From the NCBI GenBank assembly GCA_963751345.1, contig CAVVUS010000043.1:64001-128000 (forward strand): a stretch of 64,000 nt of DNA, written 5' to 3'. The notes below the pieces were generated by a model that saw nothing but the letters and a program-made list of their open reading frames with translations, had not been told where the DNA came from and ran no database searches. Shown one piece after another: positions 1 to 10,083 of this stretch; position 1 is the stretch's first letter, and each line of letters begins with the position of its first letter. The position numbers and the translations under genes are program-made. Origin of the DNA: an uncultured Chloroflexia bacterium. GTDB taxonomy: Bacteria; Chloroflexota; Anaerolineae; B4-G1; SLSP01.

Positions 1-360
1 ACATTCTCCTCGCGCCAACCCTCGGACGAGCGGCTGGATCGCATAAAGGCGCCCACGCTGGTGATTATGGGCGGCAAAGATTCGGATTTCCCCGATCCTA
101 TCGCTGAAGGCAAGATCCTTGCGAAACGAACCCATGGCAGACTGGAAGTCATCGAAGGGGCCGGACACTATCCTCAGACAGAAATGCCCGAGAAGACGGC
201 ACCCATTCTCCTTACCTTTCTGAACCGATCTACTTCGCAGAAGATGGACGAAGTTGTGCAGCCACAGGGGATGAAAAAGCAAGGATCTGCGCGAGAGGGG
301 GCGGAGCAGCGGTCACGGGATTTGCCCAGTCTCGTGCCCAAGAGTGCACCCGGAGATTGA
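1..360 (+). CDS. alpha/beta hydrolase, C-terminal part (5'-truncated by window edge)
   Basis: Frame open from base 1; 'IKAPTLVIMGGKD' and 'IEGAGHYPQTE' (catalytic Asp/His region of the a/b hydrolase fold). Confidence 0.8.
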   Translation, partial: TFSSRQPSDERLDRIKAPTLVIMGGKDSDFPDPIAEGKILAKRTHGRLEVIEGAGHYPQTEMPEKTAPILLTFLNRSTSQKMDEVVQPQGMKKQGSAREGAEQRSRDLPSLVPKSAPGD

Positions 361-422
361 CGCCGTTGCGCCCATCACGCGGCACCATCGCCGCAGGCGC
401 TGAGGTGCCACTCTGTGCGGGA

Positions 423-1043
423 TCAAGTCAGGCCTTTCCACCTGGCGGCAAATGCCAATACGGCCGTGATCGTCCATGAAGCCTCGGCCAAACAGGGATT
501 CAGGAAGGCAATACCTATCGACACCAGAAAGGCTCCGGCGGTCACCAAGCCGACCCATGTCTCGGCGCGAATTAGGCTGTCCGGCAGATCTTTGTCGACC
601 AGTCGATGGTGGTGAGTCGCGTAGGCCCATAGGCCGGCCCGTACCAGGCCAATCGCAGCTACCATCGAAGCGTATAGGGCAACGCCCTGGAAGGTACCGT
701 TGAAATCTGCCAGGACCGAAGTGGGGAATGGCATGGAGGTCACCAGGAAGAGGAAGAGCAAGTTGATCCAGATTAGGAGGCGGTCATAGTGCTTGATATA
801 GAGGAAGACGCGGTGATGTGCTCCCCAAAACATGCCAACAACAAAGAAGCTGATGGCGAACGCCAGGAATTGAGGGCCAAGGTCGGCCAACAGCCGGGGT
901 AGCTGCTCGCCTGCCGGAACCTGGACGTCCGGCAGGCGCAGATCGAGCGCCAGAAGTGTGATAGCAATTGCCATCACCGCATCGCTGAAGAAGACGAGCC
1001 TCTCCAGCCCGATATCTCTGTCAGACCCTGAAACAGGCTCCAT
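423..1043 (-). CDS. TMEM175/DUF1211 family membrane protein (putative K+ channel)
   Basis: 'ERLVFFSDAVMAIAITLLAL' matches the RxxxFSD signature; ~6 TM segments; ATG at 1043 with GAGGAG RBS. Confidence 0.88.
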   Translation of the reverse strand: MEPVSGSDRDIGLERLVFFSDAVMAIAITLLALDLRLPDVQVPAGEQLPRLLADLGPQFLAFAISFFVVGMFWGAHHRVFLYIKHYDRLLIWINLLFLFLVTSMPFPTSVLADFNGTFQGVALYASMVAAIGLVRAGLWAYATHHHRLVDKDLPDSLIRAETWVGLVTAGAFLVSIGIAFLNPCLAEASWTITAVLAFAARWKGLT

Positions 1044-1146
1044 TCTCCTCGCCTCCCGAAATGTACCCGGACGCAAGATGCTCTATGGCCGTACGACGAG
1101 GCAAAGAGCGTCTCAGGATGAGGCCGCCGATGTCAAGGTATCGCGC

Positions 1147-2016
1147 CTACGGCACCTCGGCGAACGCCGACAGTGGCGCATAGGCGACGCCGACCATGGT
1201 CGGCCCGGTGTGGGCGCCCAGCACCAGCGACATCGGGCCCATCGGCAGCCAGGTGCAGGCGAAGAACTGGTCGATGCGCTCGCGCAGCATCGCGGCCCCT
1301 TCCGGGTTGTTGGCGTAGAGCACCTGCACCCTCAGGGCACTGCCCTCCGGATGCTGGCGCTTGATCAGCCCTACGATCTTCTCAACCGCACCCTTGAAGG
1401 CGCGCGCCTGACCGAGCTGCACGTAGGTGCCGTTGACCTTTTCCACGCCGATCACGGGCTTGATGTTGAGCACCGCCGCGATCAAGCCTTTCATGTGGCT
1501 GATCCGCCCTCCGTGAATCAGGTACTTGAGTTCGTTGAGAGTATAGAGGCTCTCCGTGGCGGCCCCGACCTTGGCGACCAGGCCCAGGATCTGCTCGATC
1601 GGCCAGCCGGCTTTGTTGGCCAGGGCCGCGGCGATCACCTGCCAGCCCGCCCCGGCGGAGAGGGTCTTGGTGTCGATATGCGTGACGTTCGCCTCCGGCA
1701 CCAGAGCTGCCCCGGCCAAAGCCGAGTTCAACGTGCCGCTCAGACCTGAGGACATATGGATCGAGAGGATGTCGGGATCGGTAGCAGCGAGCTGCCTGTA
1801 GAGCTCTGCGAAGTCGCCTGCGGATGGCTGGGACGTGGTGGGGAGGCTGTCCGTCGCCGACAGAAGGTCGTAGAGCGCATCCGATTCGATATCCACGTGC
1901 TCGCGATAGGACTTGCCGTCCAGGGTCACGACCAGAGGAACCTCGTGTATTCCCAACTCAGACGCCCGCTCGGGCGACAGACCCACATCCGTTCCGCTAT
2001 CCGTCACGATTTGCAT
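1147..2016 (-). CDS. DegV family fatty-acid-binding protein
   Basis: 'IVTDSG', 'TSQPS', 'SSGLSGT', 'GGRI', 'HTGP' motifs. Confidence 0.95.
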   Translation of the reverse strand: MQIVTDSGTDVGLSPERASELGIHEVPLVVTLDGKSYREHVDIESDALYDLLSATDSLPTTSQPSAGDFAELYRQLAATDPDILSIHMSSGLSGTLNSALAGAALVPEANVTHIDTKTLSAGAGWQVIAAALANKAGWPIEQILGLVAKVGAATESLYTLNELKYLIHGGRISHMKGLIAAVLNIKPVIGVEKVNGTYVQLGQARAFKGAVEKIVGLIKRQHPEGSALRVQVLYANNPEGAAMLRERIDQFFACTWLPMGPMSLVLGAHTGPTMVGVAYAPLSAFAEVP

Positions 2017-2054
2017 AGCACCTCACTCCTTTGTGGGCTACACCATCATCGGCA

Positions 2055-3182
2055 TCACCAGTTGGTGATGGACCCATCCGGACGATGGTACATAGGGATC
2101 GGCGCGGAGCGCTCCGTGATCTCGGCAATCAGCTCGGCGCCGGTGGGATCGAACTCAACACCCAGGCCGGGTCGGGCCTCGGGCCACAGTTTGCCGTCGC
2201 GGAACGTGCATCCCTGGGTCAGATACGAGGGCTGTCTTGGCGCGGGGCCGCCGATCTCCATCAGCACGGGCACCGGCAGCGCGCCCAGGACGTGCACCAG
2301 GGCCGCCACTGAGATCGGCCCCGTAAAGTGGGGGATCATGCCGACGTAGTGGGTCTCACAAAGCGCGGCGATCTTCATCATCTCCGTGATCCCACCGACG
2401 TTGGGCAGCGTCACCCGCGTGTAGTCAATCAGGTGGTCTTCGATCAGCTCGTTGACGTCCCAGCGGTCGCCGAACTGCTCGCCCACCGCGATAGGAACCC
2501 GGACCAGGGGGCGGAGCGTGGCAAGCGCACCGGGGTTCTCCGAACGCAGCGGATCCTCCACGAAGAGCGGGGCCAGCGGCTCGATCAGCCCACACAGGCG
2601 CACCGTGTCCGCCAGGTCCAGCCGCGTGTGGACGTCGATCGACCACTCGCCGCGCGTGCCGATGGCCTCGCGGATCTCGCGGCACGCTGCCGCCGTCACC
2701 TCAACCTCGCGATGGGCGTCAAAGACGCCCTCGCGGGCCTGCCCCACGGAGGTGCGGAAGGCGCGGAAGCCTGCCTCGATGCACGCAACCGCCGTCTCGG
2801 CCAGTGTGCCCTGCCAGGGAAATCCCGTCGAGTAACAATCAATATAGTCACGGGTCAACCCTCCGAGGAGCTCGTAGACAGGCGCGTCAAGCTGCTTGCC
2901 CTTGAGATCCCAGAGCGCCAGGTCGAGCGCGCCCAGCGCGTGCAGCTTCTCCCGACCTGCGGGGTAGAACCAGCCACGGTACATCATCTGCCATAGATGC
3001 TGGATGCGACTCGGATCCTCCCCAATCAACATCGCGCCACACTGCGTCAAGGTGTCAGGGGTACCCCCCTCACCTATACCCAGGAGGCCGGCGTCGGTCT
3101 CGATGGTCACGACGTAGTTACTCTGGTTGAAGGTCGGGTTGAGCCGTTGCGGCCGATAGATGCGGATGCGCGTGATCTTCAT
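2055..3182 (-). CDS. mandelate racemase/muconate-lactonizing enzyme family protein (galactonate dehydratase-like sugar-acid dehydratase)
   Basis: Own ATG (3182) with GGAGG RBS; 'DLALWDLKGK', metal ligands 'DVH', 'VEDP', 'VGE', 'PH'; C-terminal 'RPDGSITNW'. Confidence 0.85.
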   Translation of the reverse strand: MKITRIRIYRPQRLNPTFNQSNYVVTIETDAGLLGIGEGGTPDTLTQCGAMLIGEDPSRIQHLWQMMYRGWFYPAGREKLHALGALDLALWDLKGKQLDAPVYELLGGLTRDYIDCYSTGFPWQGTLAETAVACIEAGFRAFRTSVGQAREGVFDAHREVEVTAAACREIREAIGTRGEWSIDVHTRLDLADTVRLCGLIEPLAPLFVEDPLRSENPGALATLRPLVRVPIAVGEQFGDRWDVNELIEDHLIDYTRVTLPNVGGITEMMKIAALCETHYVGMIPHFTGPISVAALVHVLGALPVPVLMEIGGPAPRQPSYLTQGCTFRDGKLWPEARPGLGVEFDPTGAELIAEITERSAPIPMYHRPDGSITNW

Positions 3183-3199
3183 CGAAGTACCTCCATAGG

Positions 3200-3809
3200 T
3201 TACAGGATCCTGAACCCCATCAATGCCCCCATGACGACGAAGGCCACCTGCGGAGATCCTCAGCAGCAGCCGCTCGGGAATCCACTCACACAATTTGGCC
3301 CCACCCAGCACGCCAATGGCGGTCACCGCAGTCAGGGCCACCGACCCGCCGGTGAAGGCGATCCACGGCGTGGGCTGCTTACTGGCCAATCCAAGCACGG
3401 CCAATTGGGTCTTGTCGCCAAGCTCGGCCAGGAAAAGCAGGCTGAACGTCGCACCGAAGGCGCGCCAGTCCCAGAGCCCCGCTTGGGTCTCGCATTCCGC
3501 CGCATCGATCGTCTCACAGGCTTCCTCGCGTCCAGCCTTCATCGCTTCCCGCCAGATGAGGATGCCCATGACGACAAAGGCCACCGCAGCCACGACACGG
3601 ATCACATCCTGGGGGATAAAGGCCCCCAACAACCGGCCACCCACCGCGCCAAGCGCCGTCACGGCCACCAACGCGAGGCTGCCCCCGAGAAAAACAGGCC
3701 AGGGCCGGCGGTACTTGCACGTCTGCGAGACCACGGCGAGCTGCGTCTTGTCCCCCAGCTCGGCGACGAAGATCAGCCCAAACGCCGACAGCCACGAACC
3801 CCAATCCAT
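3200..3809 (-). CDS. TMEM165/GDT1 (UPF0016) Mn2+/Ca2+ transporter; one extra base near 3248 makes it appear fused to the downstream gene
   Basis: Two 'AELGDKTQL' motifs; removing one G restores a hydrophobic end 'ISAVAFVVMGALMGFRIL*' with TAA at 3200-3202. Confidence 0.88.
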
Positions 3810-3939
3810 TCACGCCTCCTGCGGGGAAGAGTTCAGAGAGTGAAGAATCGCCCAAACGGAGAGAAAACAGCGAATCTCGCTTCTGGGGCGCGAACAGACG
3901 CAAGATTTGCACACAAGGGAGGTGAACACGAGCGGAGGC

Positions 3940-4362
3940 TTACTCCTCATCCTCGTCAACAGCACCGGGCATCTCGAGCTCCACCACCTCACCGTGGACA
4001 TCGATGACCACGCGAAAGCCCATCAGCCCCAGCCACTGCCGAGCTTCTTCCGGCAGTCCCACGTTTAGCAGCTGCGTCATCTGCTCACCCATCTGTCCTA
4101 TCGAGCTCTCAACCGCGGCTTTCGTGAACAGGTCGTCTTTGCCAAGATAGTCCAACATACCCTGAACCACCGCTTCGCGGTTGGTGAGGACGCTTTCCTG
4201 AAGGGCCGCCAGGACGCGACGATCGACAATCTCGGAAGGAACGTGGCGCAGAAATCCCGCATCGTCCACGATGTAGGTCGCTTCCTGCCCAACGTGACCA
4301 ACGGCGACGGGTCGGTCATTCTCATCGACGACAAGCCCGGCGAAGACGGCTGTGCGGGCCAT
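3940..4362 (-). CDS. conserved hypothetical protein (acidic C-terminus)
   Basis: ATG at 4362 with GGAGG RBS; plausible composition; no family recognised. Confidence 0.7.
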   Translation of the reverse strand: MARTAVFAGLVVDENDRPVAVGHVGQEATYIVDDAGFLRHVPSEIVDRRVLAALQESVLTNREAVVQGMLDYLGKDDLFTKAAVESSIGQMGEQMTQLLNVGLPEEARQWLGLMGFRVVIDVHGEVVELEMPGAVDEDEE

Positions 4363-4392
4363 AAACCACCCTCCTTTGAAACCAAGCGCAGG

Positions 4393-4568
4393 GTCAAGCC
4401 TGACGTCACACGCGACCATCCCACCTGGTCGCAAGCACCTCACAAACGGCCCGGATCAAGGCGGGCCAGCCGCGGGATCGCTTGTAAGCTAAGCCGAAAC
4501 AGGTAAACTTTAGCTGCCGGACGCACCCTCGCAACTGAATGAGAGCACGCGCCGGCACCGAAACAGTG
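4393..4568 (-). ncRNA. putative structured leader RNA or ncRNA of unknown family
   Basis: Four abutting hairpins (4515-4557, 4487-4515, 4432-4484, 4412-4432) with several G-U pairs only in the minus orientation, directly downstream of a sigma70-type promoter. Confidence 0.5.
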
Positions 4569-4574
4569 AGCAAT

Positions 4575-4603
4575 ATCGTACCAGAAGTCAGGGCAAATAT
4601 CAA
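4575..4603 (-). promoter_or_regulatory. sigma70-type promoter
   Basis: TTGATA-17 bp-TACGAT with extended -10 (TGg TACGAT). Confidence 0.6.
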
Positions 4604-4654
4604 CACGCTTATCGCTCGGCCTTTGGCCAAACCACGCCACGTCCTGGAGGGGTT

Positions 4655-5503
4655 TTGCAGCCAACCGTCGCTGTTGTCACCGATTCCGCCGCGGGCATTC
4701 CCACAGAGTTGGTCCGGCGCTACAACATCAGCGTGATCCCGTATTGGGTGCATCTCGGCAACGAATCATTCGTCTCAGGGGAGACGCTCGAACCCCCGGA
4801 GTTCTTCAGGCGATTGAGAGCAGCCCCCGAGATGGAGGTCCATACGGGTGTCCCCGCGGTGACCAGGTTCACCGAGACCTACCAAAGTCTGGCGACCTGG
4901 GCAAGGGGCATCGTCTCCATCCACGTGGCCGGTAAGCAAAGTGGCACGTGTAGCGCTGCAGAGGTTAGTGCGCAGGACAGCCCTGTTCCTGTGGTCGTTC
5001 TGGACACCGAGACCACGGCCATGGCCGAGGGCTTTGTGGTGCTGGAGGCTGCCCGCGAGGCTGCGAAGGGAAGCACACTGCACCAGGTCGTGGAGAAGGC
5101 CAGATCCGTCATCCCCAATGTGAGCCTGCTTGCGCTGTTGGAGAGCGTCACCTATGCCCTGAAGGGAGGCCGTCTATCCACTGCCGTGGGGAAGATAGGA
5201 ACGCTGCTCAAGATCCAGCCGCTGGTGCGCGTGAGCGTCAACAAGGTCAGCTTGATGGGGCAAGCGCGCCGGCGAGACAAGGGCATCGAGACGCTGATCG
5301 AGCGAACAGTGGGTGAGGTGCATCAGCACCCGACGCACCTCACCGTACACTATGCTGAGGATGAGGAAGAGGGTCAGGGGTTGTTGGACGCATTGAAAAG
5401 CCGCATCAACTGCGTGGAGAGCTATCTCACGCGCGTCCCGGTTGAATTGGGGGTGCACGCTGGACCCGGCTCGATCGGTGTGGCATACTACGTTGAGCGC
5501 TAG
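4655..5503 (+). CDS. DegV family protein (second paralog)
   Basis: 'VVTDSAA', 'QSGT', 'KGGRL', 'HAGPG'. Confidence 0.92.
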   Translation: MQPTVAVVTDSAAGIPTELVRRYNISVIPYWVHLGNESFVSGETLEPPEFFRRLRAAPEMEVHTGVPAVTRFTETYQSLATWARGIVSIHVAGKQSGTCSAAEVSAQDSPVPVVVLDTETTAMAEGFVVLEAAREAAKGSTLHQVVEKARSVIPNVSLLALLESVTYALKGGRLSTAVGKIGTLLKIQPLVRVSVNKVSLMGQARRRDKGIETLIERTVGEVHQHPTHLTVHYAEDEEEGQGLLDALKSRINCVESYLTRVPVELGVHAGPGSIGVAYYVER

Positions 5504-5523
5504 ACCATCAGAGGATTTCAATC

Positions 5524-5955
5524 GTGGCAATCAAAGAACGAAACCAGCAGCTCCGCGTCGTCGCTGAACTGCTGACGGCACATATCCCGGAGTTGATCGA
5601 CAAGGAACCGGAGCTGGTCCGAGACCTGCTCTCGGTGGCGGGCACCGCCCTTCTCACAATCTATGAGGATGCCGAGAAATCGGCCAAGGCCTGGGACAAA
5701 CGGGCCTATGACGTCCGCGCCGATGAGCTGCGACGCGAGTGGGATTGGGCGCTGGGGGCATCCAACTACGCGCTGGGACTGGCGCTGCGCCCCCAGCCCG
5801 TGAAACAGATAGACATCGACAAGTTGCGGCGCCTGATTCGCCCCGAGCTCCAGAAGCCGGCGCGCCGGCAGATCAGCGATCCGGCGCGTTTCCGCGGCGC
5901 AGCCAAGGCCATCAAGCAACAGCAGGCCGAGCGGCGCAAGCCCGTTCGCTGGTAA
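5524..5955 (+). CDS. hypothetical protein
   Basis: GTG with GAGGA RBS; helical, 'AWDKRAY..ADELRREW' segment; co-oriented within the operon. Confidence 0.7.
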   Translation: MAIKERNQQLRVVAELLTAHIPELIDKEPELVRDLLSVAGTALLTIYEDAEKSAKAWDKRAYDVRADELRREWDWALGASNYALGLALRPQPVKQIDIDKLRRLIRPELQKPARRQISDPARFRGAAKAIKQQQAERRKPVRW

Positions 5956-6028
5956 AAGGCGCCTCATAGATCTCCAATACCGGCGGGTGTCTGAGCGTCG
6001 TGCGGAGCTATGAATGGAGGGTGCCGGC

Positions 6029-6988
6029 ATGAGCGAAAAACTCTGGCTGATCGGGATCGATCTTGGCGCGACCAAGACGGCGCTGGGGCTGATTGACCCG
6101 GACTTTCGAATCATCGCGCGCCATCGCATCGTGACGCACGCCGAGCTAGGGCCCCACGTGCTGGTCCGACGAATCGGCGAAGCCATCGGCGAGCTGCAGA
6201 GCCAACTACCCTATGGCCAAGCAATCGACGCCGTCGGGATCTGTTGTCCGGGACCCGTAGATCATGCCGCCGGCCTCCTCATCGATCCTCCCAACCTTCA
6301 GGGCCTCCACAACGCCCCGCTAAGGGAGATGCTGTCCCAGGCAACGGGTCTGCCGGTCGTCCTCGAACACGATGCCAAAGCCGCCGCGCTCGGGGAATTC
6401 CACTACGGCGCCGGTCGCGACGGGGACGATAGGGACATGGTCTACATCGTCGTGGGCACCGGGGTCGGTGCGGCCATCATTCTCGATGGAGAACTCTACC
6501 GCGGCCGGCGCAACGGCGCAGGGGAGATCGGCCACACGATGCTGAATCCCGACGGAGAGCTCTGCTCGTGCGGATCGCACGGCTGCGTGGAGACCTACCT
6601 TTCGGGGCCCTGGTTGGCCCACTGCTACCGGGGCCTTCTGGAGGACAAGGGTCAGAGAATGCCCGATCTCCCTATCACCGGCGAGATGGTCGCGGCAAGG
6701 GCCACTCACGGAGACGCGCTGGCACTGGAGGTCTTCAACCGGGCGGGCAAGGCGCTTGGGATCGCGATAGGGACGATGGCTATGACCCTGGACGTAGCAC
6801 TCTTTGTGGTCGGCGGAAGTGTGGCCAACGCGGGCGATCTCTTACTCGAGCCGGCACGCGAAATGGTCCCCAGATGTTCCTACGCATCGGTGAGCTGTCA
6901 CGTCCGCATCGTCTCGACCACCCTTGGGGAGGATGGTCCGATCCTCGGCTGCGGCTGGCTTGCCCGCAAGGCATGGGTCGCACAATGA
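6029..6988 (+). CDS. ROK family sugar kinase
   Basis: 'IGIDLGATK', 'EHDAKAAALGE', 'GTGVGAA', 'GEIGH', Zn motif 'CSCGSHGCVE'; no N-terminal HTH. Confidence 0.92.
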   Translation: MSEKLWLIGIDLGATKTALGLIDPDFRIIARHRIVTHAELGPHVLVRRIGEAIGELQSQLPYGQAIDAVGICCPGPVDHAAGLLIDPPNLQGLHNAPLREMLSQATGLPVVLEHDAKAAALGEFHYGAGRDGDDRDMVYIVVGTGVGAAIILDGELYRGRRNGAGEIGHTMLNPDGELCSCGSHGCVETYLSGPWLAHCYRGLLEDKGQRMPDLPITGEMVAARATHGDALALEVFNRAGKALGIAIGTMAMTLDVALFVVGGSVANAGDLLLEPAREMVPRCSYASVSCHVRIVSTTLGEDGPILGCGWLARKAWVAQ

Positions 6989-9445
6989 GGCCGTCGCCGG
7001 GATTCGAGCAACTGGAGGAAGACCCATCGTCGGCTTACCCACGCGAGGTCTGGGCGGAATCCCGCCCGACGGAGCGCGCCGTCGCCATCAGGCAACGCCT
7101 GCTGGAGACGACGCGCGAGATCGATCTCGATCGTGCACGGTATACCACCGAGAGCTACCAACGTTCAGATGGGCAGCCGATGCCGATTCGGCGGGCGATG
7201 ATGCTTCGAGACGTCGTCCGCCATATGAGCATCACCATCCAGCCCGATGAATTGATCGTCGGTAATCGCTCGTACCTGCCGCGGATGGGCGTGATTGCTC
7301 CCGAGGGCGCGGTCGACTGGGTCGATCGCGAGCTCGAGGACCTTCCGACACGGCCTCAAGACCGCTTCAGCATCAGGCCCGAGCAGATACGTGAGCTGCG
7401 GGAGGAGATCTTCCCGTATTGGCGCGGCAAGACGCTGGAGGATGCCATAGCGTCACGCCTGCCCCCCGACGTGAGAGCAGCCGTTCGCGGCAGGGCCTTC
7501 GGCCTCAACCAGACCGACCATGCTCAGGGTCACATCCTGCCGGACGTCGAGAGCTGGCTGCACTTGGGCCTCGGCGGGCTTCGGGAGCGCGTCATCGCGG
7601 CCTCGAACAGGCCCGAGGCGCAGACCGATCAGCACCGGATCTTCTACCGTGCGGGGCTCATCGCGATCGAGGCAGCTCGGGACCTCATCGAGCGCTATGC
7701 AGCGTTAGCCCGGACGAACGCTGCGGCGACAGAGAACCCGATCCGCCGGCAGGAGCTCTTGCGTATCGCCGGCGTCTGTGGTTGGATAGCAGAACACCCC
7801 CCGCGCGATACGTGGGAGGCCCTTCAGTCGCTCTGGTTCCTCTTTGTGCTCCTGCAGATCGAGTCGAACGCCAGCAGTTTCTCCCCAGGGCGCTTCGACC
7901 AATACATGCTGCGTTACTTCGAGCGCGATCTTGCCAGCCGGGTCCCTGTCCCTCCCGGAGGCGCAGGCGCTGCTGGAGCTGATGTGGCTCAAGTTCAACG
8001 AGATCGTGCTGCTGCGGAGTGGCGCCAGCGCCCGCTATTTCGCCGGCTTCCCCATCGGCTTCAACATTGTGCTCGGCGGACAGGTCTCCGATGGTATCTG
8101 CGCCCAGGGCCGCGGGAAGGATGCGACGAACTTTCTGAGCTATATGTGTCTGCGCGCACAGGCCGATCTGGGACTTCCGCAACCCAATCTATCTATCCGC
8201 ATCCACAAGGATAGCCCGCAGCCATTTCTGACGACCGCCGCCTACGTGATCAGCCTCGGCAGTGGCATGCCGCAGGTCTTCAACGATGAGGTGATCATCC
8301 CCGGTCAGCTCAACCGGGGCATCACGCCGGCGGATGCGGTCGATTACGCCGTCGTAGGCTGCGTGGAGCTCTCGACACCCGGCAAGGCCCTGGGGTGGAG
8401 CGATGCTGCGATGCTCAACATGACGCGGATCCTGGAGCTTACCCTCTATGGCGGCAGGGACCCCGATACCGGCGAAGTAGTCGGACTGGAAACCCCAAGA
8501 CTGGATCAGATGGGGGGCTTCGACGAGCTGGAAGCTGCGTACGATCAGCAGTTGGCGTACTTTGTACGGCTCATGGTCCGGGGATGCGATAGTGTCGATG
8601 CGACCCACGCACAGTTGCTTCCCTCCCCGTTCCTGTCCCTGGTGGTCGAGGACTGCGTTGCCAAGGGTGTCGATGTGACCGCGGGCGGCGCGCACTACAA
8701 CTTCTCCGGTGTGCAGGGTGTCCAGATCGCCAATGTCGCCGATAGCCTGGCTGCGCTGAGATCGGCCCTCTTCGATGAGCGGTGGATAGAGGCCGGCGAC
8801 CTGCTATTGGCCCTGCGCTCCGATTTCTCCGAGAAGGAGGACCTCCGTCAGCGGCTCCTGAACCGCGCGCCGAAGTACGGCAACGACGACGACCGCGTCG
8901 ACGAGGTCGCGGCCCATTGGGCGGACCGGTACAGCGACCTTGTCGCGCAGTACGCCAACATCCGAGGGGGACGGTATCAGCCGGGCTTCTACACAGTCTC
9001 GGCGCACGTGCCGATGGGCGCCCACGTCGGGGCCACGCCTGACGGGCGCCGTGCGGGGCAACCGCTGGCGGATGGCGGGCTCTCTCCCTCGGCAGGACGT
9101 GATCGTCAAGGGCCAACCGCTGTGCTGCGATCGGTTAGCAAGCTGGACCTTGCGTTGGCCTCCAATGGCACGCTGCTCAATATGAAGTTCCTTCCGTCGC
9201 TCCTCAAGGGTGACGAGGCACTTCGAAGCTTCGTTTCACTGCTGAAAGCCTTCTGCAGGCTCAAGATCCCGCACGTGCAGTTCAACGTCGTCTCTCGGGA
9301 GACGCTGCTTGAGGCCCAAAGTCGTCCCGAGAAGTACCGGCACCTCGTCGTGCGGGTAGCCGGCTACAGCGCCTACTTCACGGAACTGGATCGTGACCTG
9401 CAGGAGGAGATCATCCGGCGCACAGAATTCGTGCGCCTCGCCTGA
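6985..9445 (+). CDS. pflD: glycyl radical enzyme, PflD-like (frameshift near 7940)
   Basis: Cys loop 'VVGCVE', Gly loop 'RVAGYSAYF'; PflD-type segments 'PTRPQDRF', 'NQTD..QGH', 'ESNASS..GRFDQY', 'LLRS..SARYFAGFP', 'YTVSAHVP' (comparison with E. coli PflD from memory); ATG overlaps the ROK stop. Confidence 0.82.
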
Positions 9446-9531
9446 GTTCCGTACGTGCTTGTCAGGCGACGAGTCTCCGGTAAACTGGCGTCTGTCATTT
9501 AGGTCGAGGGAAGAGAGGCAGGCCCGCAGCA

Positions 9532-9987
9532 ATGTCGTGTGAGGACTATTTTATCCAGCAGTTGCACGATCGCGGCTTCCGGCTCACCCCGCAGCGCGAA
9601 ATGGTGCTCTCCGTCCTGCACGAGATGGAGGGACTGGTCACGGCTGAGGAGATCTACGAGCACGTTCGCGCACGCTCTGCGAGCACGGATGTCTCGACTG
9701 TCTATCGCACCCTGGACCTGCTGGAGGAATTGGAGTTGGTGGCAGTCCTGAGCACCGGGGACGATCAGCGCCGGTATGAGCTCCTGGGGATCCACGGCCT
9801 GCATCACCATCTCCGTTGTACGAATTGCGGGAAGATCGTGCCTGTGGACCCTGAGGAGCTGGCGCCATTGTTGGCTCATTTGCAGGAAGCCTACGGCTTC
9901 GCGGCCCACCTGGGATCGCTGACCCTGCCGGGTCTCTGCGCGACCTGCCGGGCGGCAGAAGCCCAGGGGACAGCCGAGGCCGGCTGA
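9532..9987 (+). CDS. Fur family metalloregulator (Zur/Nur/PerR-type)
   Basis: 'GFRLTPQR', 'STVYRTLDLL', 'HHHLRCTNCG', C-terminal 'CATC'. Confidence 0.93.
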   Translation: MSCEDYFIQQLHDRGFRLTPQREMVLSVLHEMEGLVTAEEIYEHVRARSASTDVSTVYRTLDLLEELELVAVLSTGDDQRRYELLGIHGLHHHLRCTNCGKIVPVDPEELAPLLAHLQEAYGFAAHLGSLTLPGLCATCRAAEAQGTAEAG

Positions 9988-10047
9988 GAGCCCCTCGAAG
10001 GCCTCGTGCTTGGCCCAAACATCGAAAGATCATTGGTCTGAGATCGC

Positions 10048-10079
10048 AAGGGGCAGCCCCAGGGTTGCCCTTTTATTTT
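10048..10079 (+). terminator. intrinsic terminator between fur and larE
   Basis: GGGCAGCCC-CA-GGGTTGCCC stem followed by TTTTATTTT. Confidence 0.7.
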
Positions 10080-10083
10080 CCTG

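Noticed and set aside
2055-3809. 584-aa TMEM165 transporter-enolase superfamily fusion in the ORF track
   Set aside because: One extra G near 3248 explains it: correction restores the last TM helix and a TAA at 3200, and the dehydratase has its own RBS and ATG at 3182
3810-3939. yybP-ykoY Mn riboswitch upstream of the TMEM165 gene
   Set aside because: Expected GGGGAGUA and CGUCA/AAGACC-type core motifs are not found on the minus strand
4535-4566. Hammerhead ribozyme (CTGAATGAG...CGAAAC on the + strand)
   Set aside because: Core spacing is wrong (CUGAAUGA), no stem II forms between the motifs, and G-U pairing favours the opposite strand
9988-10083. NiCo riboswitch upstream of larE
   Set aside because: Too short and lacks the four-way junction and conserved core; only the terminator is supported
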